A stretch of DNA of 63,962 nucleotides, taken from Perkinsus olseni (lineage: Eukaryota). The notes under the pieces were generated by a model, which did not search any database, had not been told where the DNA came from, and was given only the letters and a program-made list of their open reading frames with translations. The position numbers and the translations under genes are program-made. Within the stretch, counting starts at the first letter, position 1; each line of letters starts with the position of its first letter. The stretch spans positions 1 to 63,962 of the forward strand of contig JABANN010000131.1 of assembly GCA_013115125.1 (NCBI GenBank). Direction: 5' to 3'. Below are positions 26,674 through 39,737 of the stretch, in pieces.

Positions 26674-27921
26674 AGGAAATCGATCGTGACACCGATGAAC
26701 AGTCTACTGATCGTCCGAATATTTGTCATCGGAAGGATTCGTGTTATTTATCAAATGACTGGTGGAGAGCACCACTCGGCCATCTCTCGGCAATAGGGGG
26801 TTTCCGTAGATCGTCCATCTGTATGACGATGGTATACGGCGGAAATCGGCGTGTGACGTCGAGAACAATGGCGCGTCTCCACGGTGACCCGAGGGCCAGC
26901 TGCAGCACAGTCGACGCGCCGGCTCCGGCACACAGTTCAACTGCGACACTTAGGATGCCACAGTGAAGTGAGGTGACGATAATACCCCTCCAAAGCATGG
27001 CTGTGTCTCCGCCGGAGACTCTCCGGTGTCGTCCGGAGGCGGACGTCTGTAACTCTCCGGCCCCAACGGAGAGCAAGCGAACAGCTGAGCTTGGAGTAGT
27101 TGCTTTCTCTGCCTTCACTCAAATCACCCGCCAACTCTACCTAGCTGCGTTAATAAACGAGATTGAAGGCAAGAAAATTACAATTGGGCCGGGGAAATTT
27201 TTTCTTCTCGTGAATTTCTCGCGAACCCCGGTAAGTATTTCCAGTTCACCCGTATCGGTTGAAAGAGCAACAAATTTCCAATATAGTGATGCTCTCGGCT
27301 TACACTTACTCGGCAGATAACCTTTCCGAATTTTCTCTGGACAATTTTCTTTGACATGACTGTAAGAAACACATGCTCGAAAAGACACCGAAAGGCTAGA
27401 CGTGACGAACTAGCCCTGAGCCTCGTTGAGAAATAGACGATACCCAAGTACCCATGGTACTACATAATGCCGCTCGGGTGCATCCAGCGTACGAAGGGCC
27501 GTACGCCGTCAAGGCGATCAACATCAGTTATGTCTCCAGTGTATAACTCTGCAGGTCGCGAGCAAGGCATGGACAATGTAGATGCGACGACCACTACGCG
27601 TGCGGAGACGGGGACGAGCCGGGACCCCTAAATATTGACCGCGCGCCACAGTGATCGATTCGAAAAGATGTGATAACTGCGCGCGGCGGCGGTGCTTTAC
27701 CAGAGGCGTAGGTAGTTTCCCAGTTGGCGTAAGTAACCGCTGCGTGTAGTGACTGGGATCACTCTCAACTCTCCCTGAGATCTTGGAACGAACCATTCAC
27801 CGCGCGACCGCGCAACCTTTGGAAAGCCGCGCAATCCCCGGCAGTAAGCATAGACTTGAGCTGAGTAGAGTGATGTCAGGTGAAGTTCCGTGTCAGGCCT
27901 GCGTCAGCTTTTCTAAACTAA

Positions 27922-29039
27922 ATGGGAGAGTCAGTACTTCTCGAGCGTTTATCGACTGTTCTACCCTACCTGAATAGGCGCTCGAACCTCTTTCTCGGCG
28001 ACAATGGGCTTTTGCAATTCATGATATGGAAATATGCAGCACCAATCTGCGTTGGTTACCACCGGGAGTTATGCTCTTATCCTCTGACTCTACTTCCTGG
28101 CAATATAGGGGCGCCTGACACTTGCCACCTAGCTCCGTGCCACGGAGTCCGTGGGCGCGTGGCGAGATCATCGGCTTCCGTGGCACTCGCGAGTACTCTG
28201 TTCTTACGCTCAGCTGTCGAAACGGACGAGTTCGGGTCGATCAAGGGCCCCCATACATCTTTCATGCTGGTCATTATGTATTAGATATTGCCACGGATCC
28301 CACGAGCTGCCGGATCTTTCTCCTTGGTGTCTCCTACAATGGTTTTCCTTTAATCGTCAGTCTCGTTTTCGACCACCATCGCTCTCTACGACCTTGTTTC
28401 GAAACGCGTGTTGACTGGAGCGATTTTGGATTTGCCCCGATAGTGCTCTGCAAAATGATATTCTGCTTTTGCAGCCATCCTGATACAGAGCGCTTGTATC
28501 TGAGGAGCTGCTCAGCGGATAGTAGACGGTGGTGGGTGTATGCTGTAGATACTAGCCGGCCGCACTCTCGTTCCGCACGACGCGTCGTTGAAACCTCTAG
28601 GAAGATCACAGCTTTGGCCTGCAACTTGAGAACTGGTCATCTCCCGACGGTACAAGAGCAGGTTGCGGTACTAGTTCGCAATGGTGATAACACTGATCTC
28701 AGAATCTTCTACGATGGACTGTGCGTCCATTCAGCTCGTATTGATGTAATGACCCCACCGCGATGCCTTACGACTCTTGCTTGCCTCTCTGGCATGCAAA
28801 TCTGCGAGTTCGCAGCTTCTGTCAATGGCCCCTGTACGTTCAATCTGTCTTTCGTTGAATTTGGTGAAACAGTTCTACTAAAAACTCTCGCTGATTTACA
28901 TTGGCATTGCAATGTGGTACCCTACTCAATTAGTCGTAGTTCTCAGCGAAATACGGTCGATGGAACGGTTGTCTGGTTCATCAACACTCACCGATCCCGT
29001 GACACGTGTCTGATCGTGTGTGAGAGCGTATTTAATTAG
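27922..29039 (+). CDS. Lineage-specific hypothetical protein split over two overlapping frames (possible pseudogene)
   Basis: ORFs 27922-28284 and 28122-29039; synonymous substitutions versus the 23.7 kb paralog support both frames. Confidence 0.5.
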
Positions 29040-29384
29040 CTGTAAGTTCATCGAATCCGTTGTATTTTTCTAAGACGTTATGATGTCCTCATGTGGCATG
29101 ATACTCGTCATATGTTGTCTCAAGAGGGTTGGGACTAATCTCAAGCGTTGAGTTCCTCTCAAATCGAAACGCTTTGGAAGCATAAAAAGTTTCGTACTGA
29201 CGTCCCCTCCGTTCTCCGCGCTCAGGCTAAGATTCCCATGCCACCCCGAATCCCGGCTCCCCACAACCCCCGTAAGCAGTTGGACCGTCCAACTTGGACG
29301 TACTACATCCGATGTAACCGTGGCAGAGCTCAGTAGCCGAACAACATGAAGGAAGGCTGTATGTTGGTCAAGCGTAAGCAGCAG

Positions 29385-29490
29385 TGCTGATTCAGCACAT
29401 TTAATAACTTATTAAATGTGCTGAATCAGCAAAAAACCCAAGCAAGTACATGTGCTTTAAGGTTTCCCCCTCTCAAAGAGGGGGAAACCT
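29385..29490. repeat. Two perfect inverted repeats (23-bp arms at 29385-29431; 14-bp arms at 29460-29490)
   Basis: TGCTGATTCAGCACATTTAATAA-C-TTATTAAATGTGCTGAATCAGCA and AGGTTTCCCCCTCT-CAA-AGAGGGGGAAACCT. Confidence 0.95.
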
Positions 29491-29644
29491 CAATGAGATT
29501 CCGGCAGCTTGAGACGGCATGCAGGAATAGGAGTTGGGTGCTACTATCCTCGTTGTAGGTTTGTCTTGTTTGATAAAATCATTGATCGTTTAATGCCCAA
29601 CATCCCTGCTGGTATTGATAATTTCAATTACTCAGCCTGTTTTA

Positions 29645-32600
29645 GCATCGCGGCAGCACAAGGACTGCGCTCCCTAGCGCCTTTCGAGAAGAGAATCGTA
29701 ATAAGGGCAATGGAGGAGGGGTCCCTCCCGTAGAACAACACGAAGTCTCGAGTTTCGGGCGCAAATCTCCCGTTAGTAGTAGATTCCGTGTCGACCCTCT
29801 CCTGACAACAAGGGAAGAGGGCCGAGGACAAACGCATTCACAACAGGCTGCTGTCAATCCTCCTGTCCTCGGCTCTAGCGGGGTTTAGTATCAACGCGAT
29901 AAGTGATGTGTCGTCAGGGCCTTGTTGACAAGGCATTGGCGATGGGTGACTGAGGTGTTTTCGTCGATTTGGAAATGACATTTCCATTTTGGATTTCATT
30001 TTTTCGGCTTGATGGGTGATATTGATAACCAGATATGAGGCGGGCTTCCTTCCAGGCTACGTGTGGCAGTTCTCGAATGAACCAGGACTGCTTTCAAGCC
30101 CAAATTGTTCTAACTGTGATAACGGTTTTTGGCGAAAAATCGGGTGCTGAGCGATTAACTTAGCGGTATCTTATAGCCTCTGCGTATGTTGTTCTTGATG
30201 GACGCGAGAAGGACCTGCAGGACACGTCACCGTAATCGATCAGGAGTCGCGGCTTCACGTGCTGCCCTACCTCGCCACATATATGCAATCTCAATGAGAT
30301 TGCATATATGTGACGATATATGAGATTATCTCATCAGGACCCGTCTGCCGATGCGCGATGCTACTACTACTGATAACAGTTTTAATATAGGTTTTCCTAA
30401 AACCCGATTTCGATTTTTTCAGTACTATACTAGGAAAACCGCTCGTTTGGGGTATAAAGTCACTATGCAGCGCCATATCGTGATCTCTGAGTGTTGATTT
30501 GGCCTGCGCTCTTCCCCGGCACTTCGCCGCTGGGTAGGCCCGTCCGGATCCAGGGGTTGTATTATCAGGTTGATGGTGATGATAACAATGCTCCCGAGCC
30601 CAGCGGCGGTCTGGCCTCGACCTTGCAGACACTGTTTGAGCAAATGGCGGACGGGTCTAAAGGGCCTGCGGACATTAGATGCTTCTTTGAGCAGTGCAAG
30701 AAGGTCTGCCCGGAGCTCATGCGGGAGCCCTATCGTCAGCACGATTCTCAAGTAATAGGGGATGCTGAGTGCTGGCCTTCTCTGTAATTACGTGATGGGA
30801 ATTCAGGATTGTGGTAGGAGGACGTAACCTGCGTCAAATAGTTCGATATGTAGCCCCGCAGATTGATAATCTAGCGTTATGGTTGTTGGCAGAAGCTTCA
30901 TGACGTCACGAAGCCGTATCATTGACATCCTCGTCTATCGTCGATAGAAAACAAACGATCGTACTGAGTTTGTCTTGAATGGTTTTCAGTGGAGACGGCA
31001 TCACGCACGTCTGACGTGATAGGTGATAGATGTACTTTTTGAATGGTCGAACAATAGCACGTTGCTTATAGGGTATAAACTCTGTTGTAACAGTGGAGCT
31101 GCTAGATGTCGGTTGTCTCGAGCTCGTCTTCTTTGGGCGCGGCATAGCCCATTGAGCCCTACTGTCGCCTCGGCCGTCTCCGGTTGTTGCCAAAGGTTTC
31201 ATCCTGTTCAAATATCGCAACACCACCGCTTAGTATACGCTAGAGGCATACCCGGGCGGGTATGCCGGGTATGCATACCCGCCTTCAGGTCAGGGTGGGT
31301 ATGATGATCCGTGCGGGATTTGGTCATCCGGGGCTCGGGCGGGAGCAGAGGTTGCGCCCCGTAAAGTGAAAATTATTTCGCTTCAGCTTCGCTCCGCCCT
31401 CAGGTCCTTTTAGAGGCTGTTTTGGATGGTCTACCGTCGGAAACGCGGAAAATGTTTCAATTCAAATTAAGGGATTCTATCTTATGTAGGTTTTAAGACC
31501 TTCCAACGTTTTAACGCGGGTTAAAACGGTAGTACTCAGGTGATAACTGTAATTACGTCAATCGTGTCAATACGACTGATCACATGCTACGCCTAAAAAT
31601 CGGCGCCCACCCTCACCCCGGCGAGCCAGTACTGGTGGAACTCCATCGAGAAGACGTCAGTGAGAAGTGGGGCATTCAATGGGATGAGGAGGCGTACAGA
31701 GGACGACGGGAATTGGTAGGTCACTGCGGCTGTGGTTTTCTTGCACGGGGGACAGGCACTTTATAATGAGCGTTTATGATCGGTTTCATCATCTGTGAGA
31801 TTTTGTAGAACCGTTTTCCAACGGCGCACATTTTGGGTGGTGCTCATTCGCCTCTACGCCAGAATTGCGTAGCCTGATGGCTACGACCGGCATGCTCAGC
31901 TGTGCGTTGTGAGACTCTGGTGGATCGTATCTATTGTGGTCCTCGCTATACTTTAGCGGGGGTTGTGTCACTAGTATTCGAGAAGCAGGAATGCGCAGGA
32001 TTATCGCGCGCCACCAAATTATGTTCACAGGTAATTCGGTCTGTGTCGGCGGGTTCGAAGGCTGCCCTGCAGCTGTCCGGTCATATCGGATGGAAGTGCG
32101 TTCGAGTGAACGACAGCACTTCTCGGATAGACATGCGGCAAGAGATGTGCCAAAGACGGAGTGTCGAGATGGCCCTGCTACCGCCAGAGAGCATCGCGAG
32201 CAGCTCATCCGACTTGGACTGGCTCGTCAAGGCAACATACTGTCCTCGTAATAATAATCGTTTGGGTGAATTATTCCGTTGGGGCGTGTGAACTGCTCCC
32301 CGCTGCGTATAAGTGCTGCTTAGAAAAGTCCGTCTTTTACTCGTCACTCGCCACGAAATTTAACGGAAACTCGAAAATTTCAGATCGTCAATTTTTCAGT
32401 CACCACGGCGGTATGAACAATAGTCGAGAAACCGTCGATGTTAGATTTATCGATCGATTCCCTTCTATCCGTTTTACTGAGAAAAAATTGTTTCAGAAAA
32501 ATATTTTCGGTTAGTCGGAACTGTTTGCTTTTCAGAATTGAATCGGGAGGTCATATCCGACTACCACTGTGACGAGTGCAAGGCCGACACCTCATGTGAG

Positions 32601-33421
32601 GATGGGAATTTCGTGACGCGTGACGTTATTTGGTTCGGAACAGGTACGCGTACAACTGAGATCGTATCCTCGATGCCTTCTTGTTTAATCGTTCATATAT
32701 GGAGGGACATGTACTTCACTGGCATCAAAGATACCACTTACGTATCTTTCGATCGGTGAGTTCTTCGCGCTGCGTGCAATCAGCGTATCTTTTGCCTCGT
32801 CTGGCACCATCCTTTGCTTCTGTAAGATCCGCTGTAGATCATAGGACGTCGAAAAAGCTGCTCTGAATGGTCGTGTTTTTCGAAATTTCGTACTTACCGC
32901 GTTACGTGTCCGAGTGTGCGTGCGAATTCGTAGAATTCCCGTCCAGCACAAAGGCCTCGGTAAAGTACGTTCTTGCAGCGAACAAAATGATTTCCAAAGA
33001 GAATTCCAGCTCTAGAAAATCTCCCACAACGATGTTTCCGAGCAGAAGTGGAGGGGACAGGCCGACACTGAACCATCGTTAAAGAAATAACTCAGCAGCG
33101 CGATCGGCTTCGCTCCGCCAGGTACTTGAACACTTTCGAGACACCGGATGGACGACAGCGGTATCGTCTAACAGGAGTAGTGGAGCACTTGGGTTACAGC
33201 CTCAACAGCGGTCACTATGTGGCCTACGTTGCTCGGGATGATGAGGAAGGCCCTGACGGTCATGAGCAATGGTGCGTTCTTACCACTCCATGCCCTCATC
33301 GTAGCCTTCCCTCGCATCTCCCTCCAGGTACTTCTTTAGTGATTCCGTGGTAGAACCGATCTCGTATGAGGAGGTGGCCACGAAGAACGCTTATATGCTC
33401 TTCTACGTCCGGATGGACTGA
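29645..33421 (+). CDS. Ubiquitin-specific protease (USP/C19)-like; 5' structure unresolved
   Basis: RQHDSQ box, DYHCDEC, MPSCLIVHI, His box YRLTGVVEHLGYSLNSGHYVAY, NAYMLFYVRMD*. Canonical Cys box not found. Confidence 0.7.
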
Positions 33422-33743
33422 CCTGATCTGCGATCAATAGCGCTCGCCCTGATGATCGATTTAGGAGTATCATAGTCTCTTCGTCTTCGTTATGCCACAG
33501 AACTTCGTTCCATATTTCATACCATTGTTGTCGTTTCTTGTATAAACTACGGGAGTCGCAGCAGCGGCGGCGGGCCCGGTCGATCTCGGGCTCAGTCACG
33601 CCGTCCGACCAGCCATCACGGCGACTGCGCTCCGTTCCTCGCACTGTACGTGTAAAATACTTCTAGTCCAGGCGGGTGTTGAATTAGAAGGGGTAGAGGA
33701 GAGGCGGGCCGGTTGGGTGGTTGAGAGTAGTTGATGGTGTGGT

Positions 33744-34313
33744 ATGGCTAAAACACTGCCGTTTGAGTGTGCCCTCATATCTTGGTTGTTTTCTGATCGC
33801 CCTATTGACGATCGATTGAGGAGGATTCTACAACGGGTTGCATCAAGGTGGACAACCGAAGAGCTCGACAGGAACCTGGCGGCCTGCGCTGACGACGATG
33901 ATCTTCTCAGCGTTTGTGGGAGTGCAAAACGCAGCGGAGCGAAGCTGCCATGGTGCCACGCAGTCCTCCTTCTCCGTCGTCTGGGTGGCAGTCTTGGAGA
34001 GGCTTGCCCCTCTTGGGAGGAGTGCCTGCTGGCGGCGACGCTGCGGTCAACAGCGGAGCGCCTCTACCGCAGCATGCTGGCTGGTGGTACCCCGGTGGAG
34101 GTGGTCATTGATGCCACTACTAAAGTCCTGTGCTGCTTGTACGTGGAGAAGCAGTATCGGGGAGAGGGCACTGTCAAGGCTTCCCTCGCTACGTGTGAGG
34201 CCGGGAGGGTGTCCGACTGCTGCTGTTGCTGTTGGGAAGTCCTCGTTCTTGTTCGTCGAAGGGGTAGAGATCAGAGGGTGAGACAGGTTGACCTTCATGA
34301 GCACCTTCCATGA
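33744..34313 (+). CDS. Hypothetical protein (may extend by splicing)
   Basis: 189 aa ATG-initiated ORF; no recognised family. Confidence 0.35.
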   Translation: MAKTLPFECALISWLFSDRPIDDRLRRILQRVASRWTTEELDRNLAACADDDDLLSVCGSAKRSGAKLPWCHAVLLLRRLGGSLGEACPSWEECLLAATLRSTAERLYRSMLAGGTPVEVVIDATTKVLCCLYVEKQYRGEGTVKASLATCEAGRVSDCCCCCWEVLVLVRRRGRDQRVRQVDLHEHLP

Positions 34314-35477
34314 AGGCTTATCGATCGATAAAAGCTTTCCTTATACATCCTGCTGTACTTAATCAGTTACATCGCAGTACTTATCCTGCGATGGTATAAT
34401 AATCGCCACGTCTCTCGCCACAAAGGGAGACGTCGCTGCCTGCTGTCACGTCAATTCCGCATAACGCCACCGTCACACAAAAGGCTGAGTATGAGTAAAT
34501 CCACCCGACGCACGTACGGTTCCTCAATAACAGCAGCCTTCGTTCTCTCTTGTTGTATGCATCACGGTGTAGGTCATACGATGCTGCCGCTGCTGCCACC
34601 TGAGGACCATGCCTCCCGGCAACCATCTCGTCCAGCCGGAACAGCGATGACGGTGGGTGATCGCACCGCTGCATCAATCCGCTTCTGGTCGTATCAGCTG
34701 TCGACTGTCTTCATGTCCTCGACAGGGATGAACCTCTCTGCTGCCCATCGTCGCTTTCGTTTGTGTGATCGCTGAGGGTTCGCTCAGGTTTCGGTTGAGG
34801 AGCTTGGTAGCATCACTCTGGAGGTGCATCGAAGGCTCCCCGCAGGAAGGCTCGAGTCGGCCTCGACTTTGCAACAGCTGCTTCATGACGTGGTTGAGTT
34901 GATAGTGCCTTCTGAGTAACATTGCATGCAAACCATGATGCTTGCGGATGTCCTTCCGTTGACGGTCTCCTAGAGAACAGAAATTGTCGTGTGACTATCG
35001 CCCGGCGCTTCGAGACCGATCCGGAGTAGAGCTTAGCCGGCACCGAGGGTTCCCAGCCCGAGCGACTGCGGTGCTGCGGCTGTTCCAATGGTTCCTCGAG
35101 TCTCTCACGAACAGTTGACAGCCCCCGCTTGCTTCGAGTTTGCGAGGACCGTCCTGAGCTCAATCCCAAATGATAGGGTTGTCTGTTGTCACGAGAAGGG
35201 CATCGTACAACAAAAAGGCAGTAGGCAGGAGTCGAACTCGGGACCTTTGCAGGCTCAACGTTAAGGGTCTCCGTAGCTTGCCACTCCAGTTGGTAATTGT
35301 AGCCTGTAACAATACTAACTGTATGGGAGAGTGCGTCATTCCGTCTCCGGATCCGTTCAGCGTTGCCTTTCCCCTCGTTGGAGGATGCTCTTGCCACTCA
35401 TGCATTTTCTATTATCCGTCTTATGTTGTTGTTGGCCAGTAGTGATGGGACGGGACAAAACTGTTTCCTGGTATCAG

Positions 35478-36322
35478 ATGTCATCATCCTCAGTAAGCCA
35501 TGCCATAAGCACGCCCCACACGCCGCCGCCTCACGTACGTTTACTTAACGACGCGGAGTTCGCCCAGGTAGAGGGGGGGCTGTCCCAAAAGATGGAGCTC
35601 GACACTGGTGAAGAGTGGATCCTGCCAGAAGGGAGTGGAATGGCCTGCTCTGTTTTTTCCTCTCGTTGTGGCAGCCTCCGGGCCAGCTGAACAGCGCAAC
35701 ACCGAGCTCATCGTTGATAGCGCATCGGCGTTAAGTCTGACTAAGCCGGCGGTGGCGTCGAACTTCAAGCTGATCCACTCGCCCTTGCTCTCTTGGTCCT
35801 CTCAGTGTCTCCTTAACGTGGATTACGTCATGTGGCTGGCCTCTGAGGGTTACTTCGAGGACGAAGCCTTTCTTAACTATTTGAAGTACTTGGAGTATCT
35901 TCGGGAGGGTAAGGAGACAACGACAGGTAGACTTGATCGTCGTTGGTCTGGAAAAGTTTTTATCTCTAATTTGGAAAAATATATTCGATTTTTTTCGAAT
36001 TCTAACATTGATTTTTTTTCACGTTCGGAGATTTTTTTTCTCTAGGCCGGTTTTGATAGAATTGGTTTTATTGGTTCGTTCTTGTTCAGCACCGTATTTC
36101 CACCTTCTGGTCTACCCAAGCAGCATGGACATGATACGGATACTCCGCTGTCCATCGGTCCGCCAGCAGCTACTGAAAGAGCCTGCTGCGGCCCGAGCCG
36201 TCCTGCAGGAGCAGCTCTGGTGCTCTTGGGGCCTTCGGAATGAGGAGGAGGAGTTGAAAGAGGGCGACGAACAAGTTGACGAGGAGATGCTGAAAAGTGG
36301 AATCGTTGACGGCGAAAAATAG
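35478..36322 (+). CDS. MED31: Mediator subunit 31 (Soh1)
   Basis: CLLNVDYVMWLASEGYFEDEAFLNYLKYLEYLRE + PYFHLLVYP match the Med31 core. Confidence 0.85.
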
Positions 36323-36400
36323 TTTCTCATTTTGTCGGCCGCTTTGTGTTGTGCAGTGGGGCTTGTCGAATTTACTGTGAAGGTAGTTGTATTGCTGTGA

Positions 36401-37228
36401 ATGGCTCGACGCCCACTCGAGGGAGAGGGCAAGGCCCTGGTCAGGAACGCTCTGGATCAGGTGAGTCTATTACGAACCCCTCTCCTTGCTCCTTTCGCGA
36501 CGGTTTCGCAGCAACGTGTGACGCGAAATGCCCTCAACAGCTCAGCAGACAGATCGCTAGTCCGCTTAGGCCAACTCTCACAACGTCTACCTCGAGAAGC
36601 AAGCCATGTGGGCGGTGAAGCGGAAGGCCGAGGAAGAGGAGGAGGAGAAGCGACACTCGGGAAGATCAAAACGAGAGACCAGCCGATCCTCGTCGCGGCA
36701 GCACGGTAAGCGTGACGAAGACCGAGCAGAATTTCGTCGCTTCTGGTCGCCGTTTTGAAGCTCCGCTGAAGAGCTTTTTGTTTCAGGGGAGAGCAGCCGA
36801 AAACGTCACCGGAGGCATGAGACGGAGGCTGTGAAAGAACACCGATCAAATGAAGAGAATTTTTGGGAAGCGGAGCGAGAAAGGCATGCTCGGGAAAAGG
36901 TAACAGCATGCATCGCCGTAGCTCCACAGCAGGTGCAACCGGCGGAAGATTTTGACTGTTTCGCTGCTCACTTTCTGTCGTGGTTTCAGGAGCGGCATGC
37001 AGACCGGATGCTCCGACGCGAAAGGCAGATGCGAGTACTTCGAGAAGTGGTAGCGATGTGAGCTCCACGCGTACGATCGAGAGGTTGGCAATTGGCCGTC
37101 GTGTCAGGCCTAGCTCGATAAGTCAGACAGATTTTCTATGGAGCGACGACGAGGATGCGTCGCCTGTTACTTCCCACCGTGAAAAGAAGAAAAAGAAAAG
37201 AAAGAAATCTAAGCATCACAAGACTTAG
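36401..37228 (+). CDS. Hypothetical charged protein with Lys-rich C-terminus
   Basis: Spliced ORF blocks; ends REKKKKKRKKSKHHKT*. Confidence 0.5.
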
Positions 37229-37861
37229 CTGACTCCGCGATTGTTTTTGGTTGAGTCTGGGGTTGGATTCTTTCCGTTGTGGTACGAGAACTGCCAGGGC
37301 AGGGAAAACGGGTACACTCAGGGTAACTCCTGGGCAACAGAGCGAAGCTGTTGCACAGGCGACACAATATGCGGTAAATATAAATTATCTTCGCTTGGGG
37401 AGGAGTTGTCGATGATGAGGTGGAAGCAACCCGCGTGCCTGACTTGAACTCAGAACTTGTTAGGGTGTGAAAAAAAGATGTCCTCCTCTCCTGTAGAAAC
37501 TGCAATGTGGCTAAAACCATTAATGGTTAAGATTCTTAAGCTCGTCTACTACGTGCATGCGTGCACGTAAATTCTACCCAAATGATGACGACTAGTGACG
37601 GGATTGTCAATCCAAAAGTAACGAATATAAATATACGTTAAATAGAGGAACCGTCATTCGGACCGCAAAGGGCCATTAAACAAGGGAACAGTCTGCTTAG
37701 TATCCTTCTCGAGTAGCCTCCATAGTAGAGGGAAGCGCCGAGACTACAAAAATGTGCAACTCATCCCTCCTAGGCCTTCATACTGTTCAACTGTGATCAT
37801 AACGTGCCAAGAAAGACACCGTATCAAGGTAGATGGCACGACAAGAAACGACGAGTAAAAA

Positions 37862-38997
37862 TTAAGACGGCTTTCTGTGACTGAGTATATCTTTTTTGTA
37901 ATCTTGAATAATCTTCATCCTATCTTCTGGTGGAAGGTCGGGCCTCTGTTCTTGGACGGTCCGCAGCAGATTCCGAGTCCTCTTGCTCGGTCTAATTCTC
38001 TGTTTGACTCGGGTCAGACCTTCGTGCCCATCTTCGTGACAGAAAAGACACTTGGCTCCCCGCAAGCATCTTCTTTTTGCATGAAACAAACACGGTGCGC
38101 ACTCTTGCTCCTCCTCCTCCCTCCCGTGGAGTAGGGAACCGAGGCTGGCTCCATGGGGAATGTATTGCTCAATCTGCTCGGGCGTCATTTTAGACACCCC
38201 TCCGTCAGGGTCTGCCGTAGGGACGTAGCCTCTCTCGCGCAGGACTCTCAGGACGCCTTCTCGAAGCCGCGGAACTTGGACCCTCGGCTGAGCTCTCCCA
38301 GGCTGAGCTCGCTGCGGCTCCAACCGAGGCCGACTTGACTCTGCTACTGAGGATGATGATGGAGGGGCCCTCTCGACTCGCGGTGCCTCAATTTCCGGGC
38401 GCGCGGTCATAGCGACCGTGGAAGGGACCTCCTGGCCAGACGTAGCGTAATATCGTAAGCGCTCCTGCTCTTCCCCATATATCGAAAGCTGCTGCGGTAA
38501 ACCCTCCCTGAGGAGAAACGTTAACCCCGAGGCGTGTGAGTCCAGCCCCGGTGTCACCCTACCGCGGTTGTTCCGGCGGGTGCGGTTCTATTTGCCGCTG
38601 ACCTTCGCTCTCTCCTAGCGCCTAAATACTCGTGATGATCAGCGATGCTGGTGGGCATGAAGACCCACCTGCCTGGCAGCCGCTGCTGCTGATATTTCCC
38701 TCGCTCGTCTGTGCCAAGGCCGTCTACCGCCGGGAGATGATTCCGCAGGGAGCGCGGTTTGGGTGGGCTCTATCGCAGATTCGGAGCGCATGTGCCGACG
38801 AGAAGGGAGAGATGAACTCGCCGTCGGCCGTCGATGTGAATCTGAACGCGAAAGAAGACGGTCTTTCCTGCAAGCGTAGCCCTTGACTCACCATCTCGGG
38901 CAGCTCCGCTCGAGGGGGGCGCCGACGCTGAACGGTCGGCGCCAGATCCAGTTGCTCTACGGGTTGGCGACTGTGATGAGGATGAACTGGATGACAT
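37862..38997 (-). CDS. CCCH zinc-finger protein
   Basis: SLGSLLH...CAPCLFHAKRRCLRGAKCLFCH in ORF 37862-38557; upstream Ser-rich exon inferred. Confidence 0.7.
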
Positions 38998-39737
38998 GAG
39001 GATCAAAGTCTATGCTGAGTAACCGCTCCGGAGACGGTCTACCCGTGCAGGGTTGGGAAAGACACGCAGCGTGCTGGACAAAACAGATGCCAGCATGATG
39101 GCAGCAGCTCGCCGTCGTTCGAGGACGGTGGCGTCACCTCCGGTGGACCGGCGCGTGACACGGCCTGCCAGCCGCAACCGACCGTGACGCTGACGCCCGC
39201 GTCACCGCAGCCCGGCCTACGACGACCGAGGGCCCGGGGTGTTCAGTTTGGTTCACAGCCCGCAGCTCCTGGCGACTCAGCGAGACGCTCATGAATGGTT
39301 GGCTGTTTGATTTGGCTGAATAATTTCGCTGTGGGGTTCGGTAGGACCGAGGTTTTCCGTCTTCCTGTTCGTGTAAGGAGAGATCGTGAATTGCCCTTCT
39401 GCATCGGGTCCGCTTCTGCTACCGTCTTCCCTCAGGAGTACATTCAACCAGAAAGGTAAAATCAGAGTTGCGCGATGACTTTGAACGATTGCCAATGTTC
39501 TGAGGCGAGCGCCAAATCCTCGGCGGCGCGCAGCGGCAGACCAAAATCAACATATGCGAAGGCAACAAAAAGGTTTGACTTCTCGTATAGGGTATATATG
39601 TTGGTTCACTCGGTGATGTTGTGAGACCTACTGTTCAACAACACGACACCCGGGTTCTGCCATCTGTAACTGCGCCCTCCCCAATAGCATCAATACCGAT
39701 TTAGCTTAGCTTCAGCGCAGCTCCTCGTCGAAGCACG

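Noticed and set aside
30782-31559. 12-bp CTGTAATTACGT direct repeats as a target-site duplication
   Set aside because: The second copy appears to be coding (NCNYV), probable exon sequence lies between the copies, and there are no terminal inverted repeats.
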